This document shows positions 1-10,320 of a stretch of DNA of 64,000 nt, one piece after another. Position 1 is the stretch's first letter. Every line of letters begins with the position of its first letter. The notes beneath the pieces are model-generated. The model had not been told where the DNA came from. It did no database searches and saw only the letters and a list, made by a program, of their open reading frames with translations. The stretch comes from Ostreococcus lucimarinus. Lineage: Eukaryota. The stretch lies in the NCBI GenBank assembly GCA_000092065.1, contig CP000584.1; one strand, 5' to 3'. The position numbers and the translations under genes were made by a program.

Positions 1-2282
1 AGACCAAGGCGGCGGAGGAACGTGCGGCGAAGGCTGTGAAGGATGTCGAAGACAATCACACAAAGTGGAGAGACGCGCAAAGTCTATACGAAAACGAAGT
101 TGCAGCTCGAAAGGCTGACGCGGAGAAGATTTCGGCCGCGGAAAGTGCGAAGGCTTCGATTGAGAAGGCTTTAGATGTAGCGAAAGATGCGGCAGCGAAG
201 GCGGAGCGCGAGCTCGCCGCGTCGCAGGCCAAGGTGACTGCCGAGAAGAACGCACTGGAGGCAGCGAAACGCGATGCCGAATCCAAGTTATCAGACGCTA
301 GCGAACAGAACAAACGCTTGCATGACATGCTCGAAAAATCGAAGACTGATTCGGCAGGCGATGCCGCGGCGGGCGAAGGCGAGGTGTTGCGCTATTTGCG
401 CCAAGAGCGCGACGCCGCTCTTGCGCAGGTCACTACGCTCACAACTGAACGTAACAAGTGGCAGCGCGACGCTGAAGTAGCCATGCAAGAAGCCGCGAGC
501 GCGAAGGAGCGCGTGAAGTCGAGCGAAGCTAGCGCCATGGGAGAAGAGAAGCACAAATCGCTCATGAAGAAAGTGGAGCAACTCAATGCGATAGAGCAAT
601 CAAACAGCGCGCTTCGAGCAGAGATTGACGCGGCCAAAGCTGATATTGCGGCGGCGAAGTCGCGCGAGAGCGAACTTGGAGCAACTCATGAAGCTACCAA
701 GACCGAACTCGCCGAAGCAAAGGCTGCAGTCGCGGCACATGATACTGAGATGGAAACGGTACGTAAGGAAGCCAAGCACTGGGAACAACGCGCGTCGCTC
801 CTCGTCGGCAAATATGGCGACGTCGAAACCGATGAGCAAGGACAAAGCAAATCGCAGATGGAAGAGGCGCTCGCCGAAGCGCAGGCGGAGCTCAAGGCTG
901 AAAGCGCTCGCGCGGAGAAGGCTAAGTCGCAGTTGGCTATAAGCATGAAGCACATTCGCGTGTACAATCCAGACAAGATCGCCCTTCCCGAGTGGCAGAA
1001 GAAGCAAAAGGAGCAAAGCGAGCGCCTCGCCGAGCTCGAAGCGGCGACAAAGGCTGCGATTTCGCAGAAAAAAGACGAGTCTGATGTTGTCGCACAGCTT
1101 GCTACTGCGAAGAAAGAACTCGATGCGGCGAATGAAAAGGTGAAATCGGCAACGGAAAAGGCGGAGCGCGCCGAGAAGGCTTTGGGCGAGACGACGGCTG
1201 AAGTCGAAAAATTGCGCGAAAACATTAAGAAGCTCGAAGAAGAAGTCGCGAAGACCGTTTCAGCTCCAACCGAACCCGTGTCCAAACAAGAAGAAGCCGA
1301 AGACGCTGAAGAAGGGGAAACTGCTGCCGCACCACCCACGCCCACGTCGGATCGATTCAAGGTCATGGCTCAGAAGATGCAGGCGGAGGCGATGGAAGCC
1401 GCGAAGAAACTTCGAGAGACGGAAGATATGCTCAAGGTGAAAGAGCAGGAACTCGCTGCCGCGCTTAATGATCGAACAGTCGCGTCGGAGAAATGCGCGT
1501 CTCTTCAGAAAGAACTCGATGGTGCGCGTGAAAAACTCAAGCTCGCCGACCAGCTGCGCTCTGCGCTCGAGGCGAAACTTGCGGGCGTGAAGACTCAACA
1601 GAGCGCGCCGCTGACGCAAGCCACCACACCACTCGCCGAGTTGGCGTCAAAAGCGAAGGATTTTGTCCCAACTACAAAGCCACCGGCGGCTCCGGTGCCG
1701 TTCGCGGTCAAAACCGAGGCGAAGAAGGCGCCCGACGACGCCGCGGAGGAGAAGCAAAGACTTCAAGCGCAAATGGACGCGCTCCGCAAAGAGCTCGACG
1801 AAAAGAAAGCCGCCGCCTCTTTGGGCACGAAACGTAAAGTCGACGATGTAGATGTCGCGCAAACAGATGAAGCGCCGACGAAGACGCGCAAAACTGACGC
1901 CGATAGTACTCCCGCGCCCGTCGCCGAAGCACCGGTCGCCGAGACGCCAGTCGTCGAAGTCGAGGCCGCCGCCGCCGCCGATGACGATGACGGGGACGAC
2001 GACGACGATAATGACGGCGACGACGACGCCGAAGAAGGCGAACTCGAAGACGTCGATGATTTCGTCGAGCAGCTGCTCGTCGACGATCCATCCACCGCCG
2101 AAGCCGACGACTCGCCCGCGGGCAAATCAAAATCCGCGCGCGACGCCCCCGGCGCCGACCGTCGCTCGCGCGGTCGAGCCTCGGGCGGTCGCACTCCCGG
2201 CGGCCGCCGACCGCAGAGCAACCGCCAGCGCAATCGCAGCGCCGGTCGAGGCGGGCGAGGCGGGCGAGGGAAGAAGAATTAG
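1..2282 (+). CDS. Nuclear-pore basket Tpr/Mlp (NUA)-like coiled-coil protein, C-terminal part (5' partial; frame open to window start)
   Basis: Continuous heptad-like coiled-coil ORF with no in-frame stop back to nt 3. C-terminal poly-Asp/Glu block (DDDDGDDDDDNDGDDDAEEGELEDVDD) followed by an RGG tail '...QSNRQRNRSAGRGGRGGRGKKN' that resembles the acidic block plus 'FNRQRGV..GGRGG' terminus of metazoan TPR. Stop TAG at 2280-2282. Confidence 0.5.
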   Translation, partial: TKAAEERAAKAVKDVEDNHTKWRDAQSLYENEVAARKADAEKISAAESAKASIEKALDVAKDAAAKAERELAASQAKVTAEKNALEAAKRDAESKLSDASEQNKRLHDMLEKSKTDSAGDAAAGEGEVLRYLRQERDAALAQVTTLTTERNKWQRDAEVAMQEAASAKERVKSSEASAMGEEKHKSLMKKVEQLNAIEQSNSALRAEIDAAKADIAAAKSRESELGATHEATKTELAEAKAAVAAHDTEMETVRKEAKHWEQRASLLVGKYGDVETDEQGQSKSQMEEALAEAQAELKAESARAEKAKSQLAISMKHIRVYNPDKIALPEWQKKQKEQSERLAELEAATKAAISQKKDESDVVAQLATAKKELDAANEKVKSATEKAERAEKALGETTAEVEKLRENIKKLEEEVAKTVSAPTEPVSKQEEAEDAEEGETAAAPPTPTSDRFKVMAQKMQAEAMEAAKKLRETEDMLKVKEQELAAALNDRTVASEKCASLQKELDGAREKLKLADQLRSALEAKLAGVKTQQSAPLTQATTPLAELASKAKDFVPTTKPPAAPVPFAVKTEAKKAPDDAAEEKQRLQAQMDALRKELDEKKAAASLGTKRKVDDVDVAQTDEAPTKTRKTDADSTPAPVAEAPVAETPVVEVEAAAAADDDDGDDDDDNDGDDDAEEGELEDVDDFVEQLLVDDPSTAEADDSPAGKSKSARDAPGADRRSRGRASGGRTPGGRRPQSNRQRNRSAGRGGRGGRGKKN

Positions 2283-2433
2283 ACGAATCGATCCGTTCGC
2301 CGCTTGTAAAACAAACCATTCGCGAATCGCATCGCGACATCCGAAATCACATCGGCGCGCCGGCCCAACGGCATCGACATTCATCGACGCGCGTCGACCG
2401 CGCGCGACGCCGCGGCGCACGTCGACAGGGACG

Positions 2434-5400
2434 ATGTCGGACGAAGTGAAAGAAAACGTACCGACGCGCGCGACGCGCGCGGCGACGCACGCCACGCCGG
2501 CGACGGTGACGCGCGCGAAACGTGGCGGGGGAACGACGAATGTCGGTTCGTCTCTAAACGACGGAGCGAACGCCGTCGACGCGAGCGACGACGCGACCGA
2601 GGCGCTGGCGGCGACGCGCGCGCGGGGCGTCCTCGTGGACGCGTCGAACGGCGGCGAGCTCGGCGGGGACGCGCCGACGGAGGCGATCGCGCCGGGACAC
2701 AAGATGGGCGCGAACGGCGCGGGGGCGGCGAACGGCGTCGCGGGGATATCGAGAGATTTGAAGTCGATGCGCGCGCGCTTGGATGCGGCGAGGAAAGAAA
2801 GCGTGAAAACAGAAGATGCCGCGGTAGCGAGCGCGGCTCCGGTGGTGAGCGCGGCGCCGGTAGTGATGAGTGCGGGGCCGACGGTGAGCGCGGCGGTCGG
2901 CGCCCAGGCTAAACCGACGTCGAGCGGAGTGTCGAGCCTGTATCGCGAGTATTACGAGAACGAAGACTTCATCGAGAAGTGTGAACGAGCGATTAACTTT
3001 AGACCGAAGGCTCGTCAGCACGATTACAAGAATCGCATCGAGGAGTTGACGGCGGCTGTGAAGGCGTCGAAGGATTGCCTGCGACACGTGTTTCAGAATG
3101 GGACAAACTTCTCGAAGGAGTTGGATCGCTATGAGTCGAACGAGCGACAATCTTACGAGGCTTTATCCGCTCAAGTGGACGCTTTGAAGACGTGCGCATC
3201 GACGGCAGAGGCGGAAGCGAAAACGCTTCGAGCGCAGGTGAAGACATTGAAGAGCGAGGCGAACGAAAAGGAAGCCGAGCTGATGAACGAGCGCGAGCGC
3301 GCCGAAGGGACGCTGATGGAAGAGATGAGCGCGGCTAAGGTGGCGTTGGCGTCGCTCGAGAAAGATTTGGAAAAGAAATCTAGGGAACTCGAGAATGCTG
3401 CGAGCAAGTACGCCAAGCTTGAGTCTTCGTACACCGAATCTTCGACTCGCGAAAGCGTCGCCAAGGAGGCGAATAGTAAACTCGAACGAGACGTCAAGCA
3501 GCTCAAGGCTGAAGCTGAGCAAGCCGAGCTCACCTTCGCGGCGGAGCGTCGCGCGCTTGAAGGACAACTTCGCAAGCAGACGAGTGAGCTCGAAGCTGAG
3601 CGAGCGCGGGCGACGGCAGCGCGCGCTCAACTCGAAGACAGCCTTCGCGAGGCAAACTCAGAGTGTGAGTCGTTGCGCGTGCAGGTAAATATGGCTGAAG
3701 AGGCGGCCGCACGCGAAGCCGAACAGTTTGGAAGCTCCGCCGAAGAGTTGCAATCGAAGTTGAACTCGGTTGAGGCGGAACTGAACGAGTTGCGAGCAAA
3801 GGCGTCGGCGGACGAAATCAGCGCTAAGGACACCATCACACAGTTGAGATCAGAAGCGAAGGAAACCAAAAAGGCTTTGACCAAGCAAGAAAATATGCTC
3901 GCGAAGAGAAACGCAAAGATTGAAAAACTTGAAAGTGATATCGCGGCTCTGAATGGTGAAAACTCGAGCACTAGCGCACAAGTTGAAGATTTGGAAGCCA
4001 AGCTCGCTGAAATGAAATCTTCGTACTCGGAGCTCAAGGCCGAGTTCGCGGCGACGAGCGCTGAACTCAAGGCACGCAACGAAGACCTTCTTTCGTTGAA
4101 GGATGAACACAAGTCTACGAGTGAAAGCCTAACTCAAATCAAGGCTTCGCTCGAGAGCGAAAAGGCTACCAAGGCTTCTGAGCTGAAGCGTGCGGAGAAG
4201 GATGTCAAGCGAGCCGAGTCTGATTTGGCGGATGCCAAGGCGCAGTCAAAGAGTCTCATCGAGCAACAAACTCTCATGATGGGCGAGTTGAAGCAAGTGC
4301 GCGAAGAACTGGCGAGTATGGAAGCTGATAGGCGTGATCAACTCGCGAACGGATCAGCGACTTTGCAAGAAGTGCAGAAGCAAGCGCGTCTTGATTTACA
4401 GCAGGCAGAAGATCGTCACCGAGAAGCCGTTGCGGAAGAACGACGTCGCGCAGAAGCCGCTACCATGGCTGCTCAAGAAAAAGCAGAAAAGGAGATTCAA
4501 TCTACTCGTGAAAAGGCCGAAGAGCGCGTCAATACGGCGAATGGAAAGCTTGCCGCGGCTGAGGAGCGCGCGGCTGAGTTTGAGAAGAGTTTGAAGAAGG
4601 CGGAGAAGGAATTGGAAAAAACCACCGCTGCATCGTCTGCAGATGTGGCCGAACTCCAAAAGCAACTCGCCGACGCAAACGATTCTCTCGAAGCACTTCA
4701 AAAAGAACTCGACGATGAGATTCAAGGCGCGGCTGAGGAATTGGCTGCGGTTCAGAAGACGGCGGAGGACAAGGCTGCACGTCTCGCTGAGAAGCATAAG
4801 CGAGCGCAACTAGAACTTGAAGCTAAATTAGCGGAGCAAGTCTCAGGTGCACAGTCGACCGCAGAAGAGCGCATAAAAGAAATCACTGCCAACCTCGCGG
4901 CTGAACAAGATCGGCTGCAAAAGGCTGAAGCTAAGATCGAGAAGCTCTCTGCGGAGAAGGAAACGCAAGTCGAAAAGGCGAATGCAAAGTTGGTCAAGGA
5001 AACTGAAGCCGTCACCGAACTTCAAGCGCAACTCAAGAGCGTCACTAAAGAACAAAAATCCCTGACGAGCGAGAAGGATGCTTTGATGAGCGAGAAGGCT
5101 ACTCTGACGAAGCAGCTCGCCGAGCTCGAAAAGGCGCAAAAGTCGCTCGCTGAGGAATCGGAAACCTCTGCCGCAAAGCACGAAAAGAAGATGAATAAAC
5201 TCGAAACGCGTTTGAAGGCCATGGAAGCCGAGCGTGATGTGCTTGTTGGCGAGCGAGATGCGCTTGAAGTCAAGCTCAGCGAAATCGAGCAAGCCAAGGG
5301 AGACGTTGAAGCCCGCGTGCAAGACGCTTTGAAGGAGAAGGAATCTATCGCTCAGCAACTTGCCGACCTCGAGAAGGCGAAGCACGATATGGAGGCCGCG

Positions 5401-7044
5401 AACGAAGCTAGCATGGCTGATATTGTAGCGGCACAAGAGCGCTTGAAGGCGAGCGAGGAGGCTGTCATGGGCCACGAAGCTCGAATCGCTGGTGTTGTGG
5501 CGCAACTCGAGAGCGAGCAAAAGGAAGTTGAGCGCCTTCAGAAAGAGCTCAAGGATAACTCGACGGTTCACAAAACCACTATCGAATCGCTCATGGCCGC
5601 GCAAAAGGCGCTCGAGCGCGAACGCACCGAACTCAAGTCTGAACTTAACGCACTCAAGGAGGCTGAATCTATGCGCAAGGACACGGAGGGCAACGAGCAG
5701 AATAAGGCTCTCGAAGCGCGATTGGTTGAGCAAACACGTGAAGTCGACGCTGCGAGACGTCTGGTGCAAGAATCCGAGCAATTGCAGCGACAGCTCGACG
5801 AACGGCAATCGCGTATAAACGAGCTTGAAGAGCAAGCCCTCGAAGCCGAATCAATGCGACGTGCGTTGCACAACCAGATTCAAGAGCTGCGTGGCAACGT
5901 GCGCGTGTTCTGCCGAGTGCGCCCGACGGAGAACGAAGCGGCAGTTAAGTGTGCCCCTGACGGGAGCTCATTGAATTTGAAACGCGTCGAGGGCAAAGAA
6001 GATGCCGCGTTCGAGTTTGATCGCGTGTTTGATCCGAGCGCCAAGCAAGAAGAAATTTTCGAGGAAGTTTCGCAACTGGTGCAGTCTGCGCTCGACGGTT
6101 ACAAAGTATGCTTATTCTCCTACGGGCAAACCGGCTCGGGTAAGACGCATACCATGCTCGGTGACGGTAACGGTGACATGCGGGGTATAATCCCTCGCTC
6201 GGTCGCTAAAATTGTCGAGGCGTCGCAGAAGAATGCGCACAAGGGTTGGTCCTACACCATGCACGCTTCGTACGTCGAAATTTATAACGAACAAGTGCGC
6301 GATTTGCTCAAGCCAGGAAGTTCGCACAGCGACAAACACTCCATCGTTCACAAGAATGGCGTGACGGAGGTGAGCGGCGTCCAACGCGAGGTCATTGACT
6401 CTGTTGAGTCTGCGGCGGCTTTGGTTCGACGTGCTTCCGCAGCTCGCGTGGTCGAAGCGACGAACATGAACGCACAGTCTTCGCGTTCGCACACCATATT
6501 CATGTTGTACATCGTCGGCGAACACGCCTCAAGTGGAAGTGAACTCACGGGCTGCCTCAACTTGGTGGATTTGGCTGGCTCGGAACGCGTTGGTCGATCA
6601 GGCGCCGAGGGCGCGCGCTTGAAGGAGGCCTGCGCCATCAACAAGTCTCTTTCGTCGCTTGGTGATGTCTTTTCTGCGTTAGCCGCGAAACAAGCGCACG
6701 TGCCGTATCGCAACTCCAAGCTCACTTATCTGTTGCAGCCGTGTCTCGGCGGTGACGGTAAAACGCTGATGTTTGTTAACATCAATCCAGAAAACACGAG
6801 CACCGAAGAGACGATGTGCTCGTTGAAGTTTGCCTCGCAAGTGAACGCCGTTCAGCTCGGCGACGGCAAGGGCGCGCAGCGCCGTATCACGACCAAATTG
6901 AGTTCCAAGGTAGAAAAGAAGGGTGACAAGGAAAAGTCCAAGAGCGACAAGAGCGAACGCAAGTCGAAGGACAAAGCAACCAGCGTCATTGGCGAACGCA
7001 AGCGCAAGGCGACTTCCTCCACCGACGAGCCTCGAAAAAAGTAA
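2434..7044 (+). CDS. Kinesin-14 family motor protein (C-terminal motor, long N-terminal coiled coil)
   Basis: Motor domain at the C-terminus: neck 'ELRGNVRVFCRVRP', P-loop 'GQTGSGKTHTM', switch I 'SSRSH', switch II 'LVDLAGSE'. About 1100 aa of coiled coil precede it. First in-frame ATG at 2434 (MSDEVKEN); the ORF-track start at 1852 is a non-ATG upstream extension overlapping the previous gene. Confidence 0.85.
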   Translation: MSDEVKENVPTRATRAATHATPATVTRAKRGGGTTNVGSSLNDGANAVDASDDATEALAATRARGVLVDASNGGELGGDAPTEAIAPGHKMGANGAGAANGVAGISRDLKSMRARLDAARKESVKTEDAAVASAAPVVSAAPVVMSAGPTVSAAVGAQAKPTSSGVSSLYREYYENEDFIEKCERAINFRPKARQHDYKNRIEELTAAVKASKDCLRHVFQNGTNFSKELDRYESNERQSYEALSAQVDALKTCASTAEAEAKTLRAQVKTLKSEANEKEAELMNERERAEGTLMEEMSAAKVALASLEKDLEKKSRELENAASKYAKLESSYTESSTRESVAKEANSKLERDVKQLKAEAEQAELTFAAERRALEGQLRKQTSELEAERARATAARAQLEDSLREANSECESLRVQVNMAEEAAAREAEQFGSSAEELQSKLNSVEAELNELRAKASADEISAKDTITQLRSEAKETKKALTKQENMLAKRNAKIEKLESDIAALNGENSSTSAQVEDLEAKLAEMKSSYSELKAEFAATSAELKARNEDLLSLKDEHKSTSESLTQIKASLESEKATKASELKRAEKDVKRAESDLADAKAQSKSLIEQQTLMMGELKQVREELASMEADRRDQLANGSATLQEVQKQARLDLQQAEDRHREAVAEERRRAEAATMAAQEKAEKEIQSTREKAEERVNTANGKLAAAEERAAEFEKSLKKAEKELEKTTAASSADVAELQKQLADANDSLEALQKELDDEIQGAAEELAAVQKTAEDKAARLAEKHKRAQLELEAKLAEQVSGAQSTAEERIKEITANLAAEQDRLQKAEAKIEKLSAEKETQVEKANAKLVKETEAVTELQAQLKSVTKEQKSLTSEKDALMSEKATLTKQLAELEKAQKSLAEESETSAAKHEKKMNKLETRLKAMEAERDVLVGERDALEVKLSEIEQAKGDVEARVQDALKEKESIAQQLADLEKAKHDMEAANEASMADIVAAQERLKASEEAVMGHEARIAGVVAQLESEQKEVERLQKELKDNSTVHKTTIESLMAAQKALERERTELKSELNALKEAESMRKDTEGNEQNKALEARLVEQTREVDAARRLVQESEQLQRQLDERQSRINELEEQALEAESMRRALHNQIQELRGNVRVFCRVRPTENEAAVKCAPDGSSLNLKRVEGKEDAAFEFDRVFDPSAKQEEIFEEVSQLVQSALDGYKVCLFSYGQTGSGKTHTMLGDGNGDMRGIIPRSVAKIVEASQKNAHKGWSYTMHASYVEIYNEQVRDLLKPGSSHSDKHSIVHKNGVTEVSGVQREVIDSVESAAALVRRASAARVVEATNMNAQSSRSHTIFMLYIVGEHASSGSELTGCLNLVDLAGSERVGRSGAEGARLKEACAINKSLSSLGDVFSALAAKQAHVPYRNSKLTYLLQPCLGGDGKTLMFVNINPENTSTEETMCSLKFASQVNAVQLGDGKGAQRRITTKLSSKVEKKGDKEKSKSDKSERKSKDKATSVIGERKRKATSSTDEPRKK

Positions 7045-7130
7045 ATGTACAGCCTTTACAATCCTAAACGATAGCGCGCCGACGTCTACACGTGGCGCCT
7101 TTGAAATGAAATACAGCAAAAAAATATCCA

Positions 7131-7982
7131 TTAAACACTCGTCACGGCTTCGTTCGCCGCTTCCACGCGCGATGTCATCGTTCCAAGCGCCGCAAACGCA
7201 TCGATACCGTCGCGTTCGACGAATTCGGCGACTCGCGCCGCGAGCGTCGCGACGTCGCCGTCGGCGAACGCGCCCACCGCTCGCGCCAACGTCTCGGGCT
7301 CGAGCAACAACAAACTCGGTGTCTGCGTCGCCACGAACCCAACATCCACCGCCGCGAACAGAAACTTCATCCGCACCAACCGTCGGACGATTTCCTCCGT
7401 CGGGTACTCCAACAGCTCGGGCGCGCGATGCAACAACATCGGCGAGTCCACGAACGGCGCCACTCGATCCAGATTCAACACCGCCCGCTCCAACCGCTCT
7501 GGATTCCTATACGCGCTGTTTCGGGCGCTCTTCGTCATCACCGTCCGACACGCCTTCGACCCCCCCCACAGGTTCCAAAACCGAACCTTCAAATCCTCCT
7601 CGCGCGTCGACGTCCCCTTCATCGTCCCCGCCACCAGCCACTTCCCATCCATTCGTCCATCTCTCGCGCTCGCCGATCCCGCGTCTTTCCTCACCGTTCG
7701 CATCAGCGCGTCGCTCGCGCTCTCCACCGCCTTCGTCGCGCGCGCGCGCGCCGTCGCGCGCGTCGTCGTCGACGCCTCGAGCGCGAACGCCTCGCGCGGC
7801 GACCGCATGAGCTCGGTCACCGACACGTTCGCCGCCTCCGCGCGGTCGACCGCGCGCACGATGCGCGCGAACGCCTCGCGCGGCGAGCGCGCGAGTTCGG
7901 GCACGTCCGCGAGCGCGCGGTCGACGATCGCGGCGTCGCGCAGCGGCGACAGCAGGCGCCGCACGACGTGCTCGGCCGCCAT
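7131..7982 (-). CDS. Hypothetical helical-repeat protein, possibly mTERF-family; contains an ~83-bp imperfect internal tandem duplication (ELxRSPREAFA motif repeated)
   Basis: ORF 7131..8057; first ATG (MAAEHVV) at 7982. Repeated leucine-rich motifs ('VATQTPSLLLLEPETLARAV', 'LVRMKFLFAAVDVG') resemble mTERF repeats. The family assignment is weak. Confidence 0.35.
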   Translation of the reverse strand: MAAEHVVRRLLSPLRDAAIVDRALADVPELARSPREAFARIVRAVDRAEAANVSVTELMRSPREAFALEASTTTRATARARATKAVESASDALMRTVRKDAGSASARDGRMDGKWLVAGTMKGTSTREEDLKVRFWNLWGGSKACRTVMTKSARNSAYRNPERLERAVLNLDRVAPFVDSPMLLHRAPELLEYPTEEIVRRLVRMKFLFAAVDVGFVATQTPSLLLLEPETLARAVGAFADGDVATLAARVAEFVERDGIDAFAALGTMTSRVEAANEAVTSV

Positions 7983-8035
7983 GCCGGCGCGGCGATGTGC
8001 GGCGCGCGCGACGGCAGAACGACGCGCGCGAGCGC

Positions 8036-8113
8036 ATGCGCGCGAGCGAGCGCGCACGACGCGCGAGGTCGCTGTACAGGCAGTTGTTCAGGGCGAGCGC
8101 GAGGCTGCCGACG
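8036..8113 (+). CDS. LYR-motif (LYRM/Complex1_LYR-like) small protein, exon 1 of 2
   Basis: ATG at 8036 encodes MRASERARRARSLYRQLFRASARLPT and is immediately followed by GTGCGCG. Spliced to 8245.. it gives 'SLYRQLFRASARLPT-DNRTAYVRAKAREEYEKH', which fits the L-Y-R/F signature. Not present as a single ORF in the track. Confidence 0.55.
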
Positions 8114-8244
8114 GTGCGCGATCGCGCGAGAGACGCGGATAAAGTGACGCGCGACGGGACGTTGACGCACGGCGGCGAGGACGCGAGGACGCGAGGACGC
8201 GAGGACGCGACGACGCGGGACTGACGCGCGACGCGGACGCGCAG
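8114..8244 (+). other. Intron (131 nt) of the LYR gene: GTGCGC...GGGACTGACG...CGCAG; contains (GAGGACGC)x4 at 8177-8208
   Basis: Donor GTGCGC at 8114; branch-like ACTGAC at 8220-8225; acceptor CAG at 8242-8244. Joining the flanks restores an 85-aa LYR-like ORF ending at TGA 8425-8427. Confidence 0.55.
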
Positions 8245-8427
8245 GACAATCGCACGGCGTACGTGCGCGCGAAAGCGCGAGCGGAGTACGAGAAGCACGC
8301 GAGCGCGGAGGGGGAGACGCTGGAGGAGGCGCTGCGGTTGGCGGCGGCGCAGGTGGACAACGTCGAGGCGTCGGCGGCGCATTTGACGAAGGTTTTCTCG
8401 GACGAGCGCGTGCACGCGCGGGTTTGA
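8245..8427 (+). CDS. LYR-motif protein, exon 2 (to stop)
   Basis: In-frame continuation: DNRTAYVRAKAREEYEKHASAEGETLEEALRLAAAQVDNVEASAAHLTKVFSDERVHARV*. Confidence 0.55.
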   Translation, partial: DNRTAYVRAKARAEYEKHASAEGETLEEALRLAAAQVDNVEASAAHLTKVFSDERVHARV

Positions 8428-8437
8428 GACGAACGTG

Positions 8438-9004
8438 ATGGCGACCGACGCGAGCGAGACGATGGTGGAGGACGCGGTGGGCGCAGAGGATGGGTTCGAG
8501 GAGTTACACGTGTTTGATTTCGATGGGACGCTCGTGGACACGCCGACGCCGAAGGAAGGGATGAGATCGTACGAGATCGCCACGGGTCGAGAGTGGCCGT
8601 TTCAGGGATGGTGGGGACGTGCGGAGTCGTTGGAACCGCCGTTGACGATGGCGTCGGGGCCGGCGTTGGATGAGTACAGGGAGAGCGCGGCGAACGCGAC
8701 GGTGGCGCGCGTCATGATGACGGGTCGCCGCGGCAAACTCAGGCAATCCGTGGAGGCGGTGATGCGGTCGTTCGACATCAACTGTCACGAACACATTTTT
8801 AACTGCACGGGACACGACACGTTGTCGTACAAGCAAAATGAACTGAGGCGGTTGGTGAAAAAGTACAAGCCGAAGCGAGTGCGAATTTGGGAAGACCGCA
8901 TATCGCACGCGCGAGAGTTTCAAGACATGGACGTCGAGTTTCGCTCTACGCACGGCGTGGAGTCTTGGCGCGTGACGCTCGTCGAGCCGAGCAACGATTT
9001 CTAA
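8438..9004 (+). CDS. HAD-superfamily phosphatase-like small protein
   Basis: HAD motif I 'VFDFDGTLVDTP'; 189 aa. The ORF-track start at 8435 is GTG; the ATG is at 8438. Confidence 0.5.
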   Translation: MATDASETMVEDAVGAEDGFEELHVFDFDGTLVDTPTPKEGMRSYEIATGREWPFQGWWGRAESLEPPLTMASGPALDEYRESAANATVARVMMTGRRGKLRQSVEAVMRSFDINCHEHIFNCTGHDTLSYKQNELRRLVKKYKPKRVRIWEDRISHAREFQDMDVEFRSTHGVESWRVTLVEPSNDF

Positions 9005-9048
9005 CTATTAGCTTGTCATCCTACACAGTCTGTATTCTAATTCACGAT

Positions 9049-10320
9049 TCACTCGAGCAGTCGCAACATGGCTTCGTCCACCCAAGGTTCTCTGAACGCG
9101 TCGGATGCGCGCGACGCGTGTCTCAGTTCCACTTCGTCAGCCGAACCCTGCGTCACATCCTCGGCCTTGTACACCCCTTTAGCTTGGTTTAAGACGCAAG
9201 AGTTGATGAAGTCGATGGGACTTTCAGCGAAGCGCAAAAGAAAGTCACGACGCTCCAAATGACTGTCTATGAAATCGAACGCGAGACGAATGTGTTGCTC
9301 GCACGCGTCCACGTCCTTCGCCACTCGATAATCGTGCTCATACGGCGGCGCCAGACCCCAGGGCCCAGAGTCGGGCTCTTCGGCCTCGATATCGTAGCAA
9401 TCAGGCTTTGACGGTGATATTCCGGAGGTTTTGATGTTGTACTTGATTTCCAGGGGCTCGAGCGCGGTGAGAAACTTTTCGCACGCGACGTCGCACACGC
9501 GCTGAAACTTGACCGTTTCTGGAGACTTCGGCAGCGACACGCCCGCGTCCTCGAACACGATCCGCATGGGCTCATCCACTCGCACCTCGCTCACGTCGTC
9601 CTCGTTCACCAACTCATTCGCCGAAAAGTACGTCCACAACTCTGAAATCACCCTTCGCCTCGACGCGTACCGAGTCGCGATCAATTCCGCCAAATCCTTC
9701 CCCACCCTAAACCTCTCGCGCATCCCATTCACTTCCAACCGAATCGTCGCCTCAACCGCGCCTCGTTTCGTGAACCCACGCATCTCGAACCCATCCACGC
9801 GTCCGCTCGCCCGTCCCGTCCCGAGCGCGTCCGAAGCCTCTCCCTCCCGCGTCCACGTCCTCGTCCTCGCCTCCTCCGCGTCTCCATCCACCTCGATCGT
9901 CATCCGTCGCACGTAACTCGTGAATCTCCCCTCCATCTCATCGTGCGTCCACGCGCCGTCGCTCGCCCCTCCTCGATCGACGTCTTCTCGTCGCTCGTCG
10001 ACCCGTCGTCCCGCCACGCGCAGCGCGTACGTCCCGTCGCCCCCGTGCGCGTGAAACACGTACACTCGCACCGTCGCCGTCCGTCGTTCGCGCCCGCCCG
10101 GCCGTCGCGCCGCGTTCGCATCGCGCGCGCGTCCTCGCCATCGCGCGCACGCGACGTCGAGCTCGCGCTCGACGTCGCGAAGCGTTCGAAACGCGACGGA
10201 TTCGTCGATGTCCGTCCTGACGCGCGCGTTCGCGCGTCGCGCGTCGTCGAGCGCGAGTTTCTTCTTCTTGCGCTGCCGCGCGACGCGCGCGGTGGCGTCC
10301 AGCGGCGGGCGCCCGCTCAT
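9049..10320 (-). CDS. SWI/SNF complex BAF60/SMARCD (SNF12)-like protein with SWIB/MDM2 domain
   Basis: SWIB motif 'LAELIATRYASRRRVISELWTYFSANELVNEDDVSEVRVDEPMRIVF'. N-terminal 'QRKKKKLALDDARRANARVRTDIDESVAFRTLRDVERELD' matches the BAF60 N-region 'KRKLADKILPQ..LVPESQAYMDLLAFERKLD'. ATG (MSGRPPLD) at 10320; the longer track ORF to 11601 is Arg/Ala-rich GC junk. Confidence 0.7.
   Translation of the reverse strand: MSGRPPLDATARVARQRKKKKLALDDARRANARVRTDIDESVAFRTLRDVERELDVACARWRGRARDANAARRPGGRERRTATVRVYVFHAHGGDGTYALRVAGRRVDERREDVDRGGASDGAWTHDEMEGRFTSYVRRMTIEVDGDAEEARTRTWTREGEASDALGTGRASGRVDGFEMRGFTKRGAVEATIRLEVNGMRERFRVGKDLAELIATRYASRRRVISELWTYFSANELVNEDDVSEVRVDEPMRIVFEDAGVSLPKSPETVKFQRVCDVACEKFLTALEPLEIKYNIKTSGISPSKPDCYDIEAEEPDSGPWGLAPPYEHDYRVAKDVDACEQHIRLAFDFIDSHLERRDFLLRFAESPIDFINSCVLNQAKGVYKAEDVTQGSADEVELRHASRASDAFREPWVDEAMLRLLE

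Noticed and set aside
1889-1898. ACTGAC branch-like motif inside the Tpr-like coding region (also CACTGAC at 24104 and ACTGAC at 45711)
   Set aside because: No GTGCG donor and no appropriately spaced YAG acceptor. Reading through 1889-1898 preserves the conserved acidic block and RGG C-terminus. The 24104 and 45711 sites lack an acceptor within 17-35 nt.
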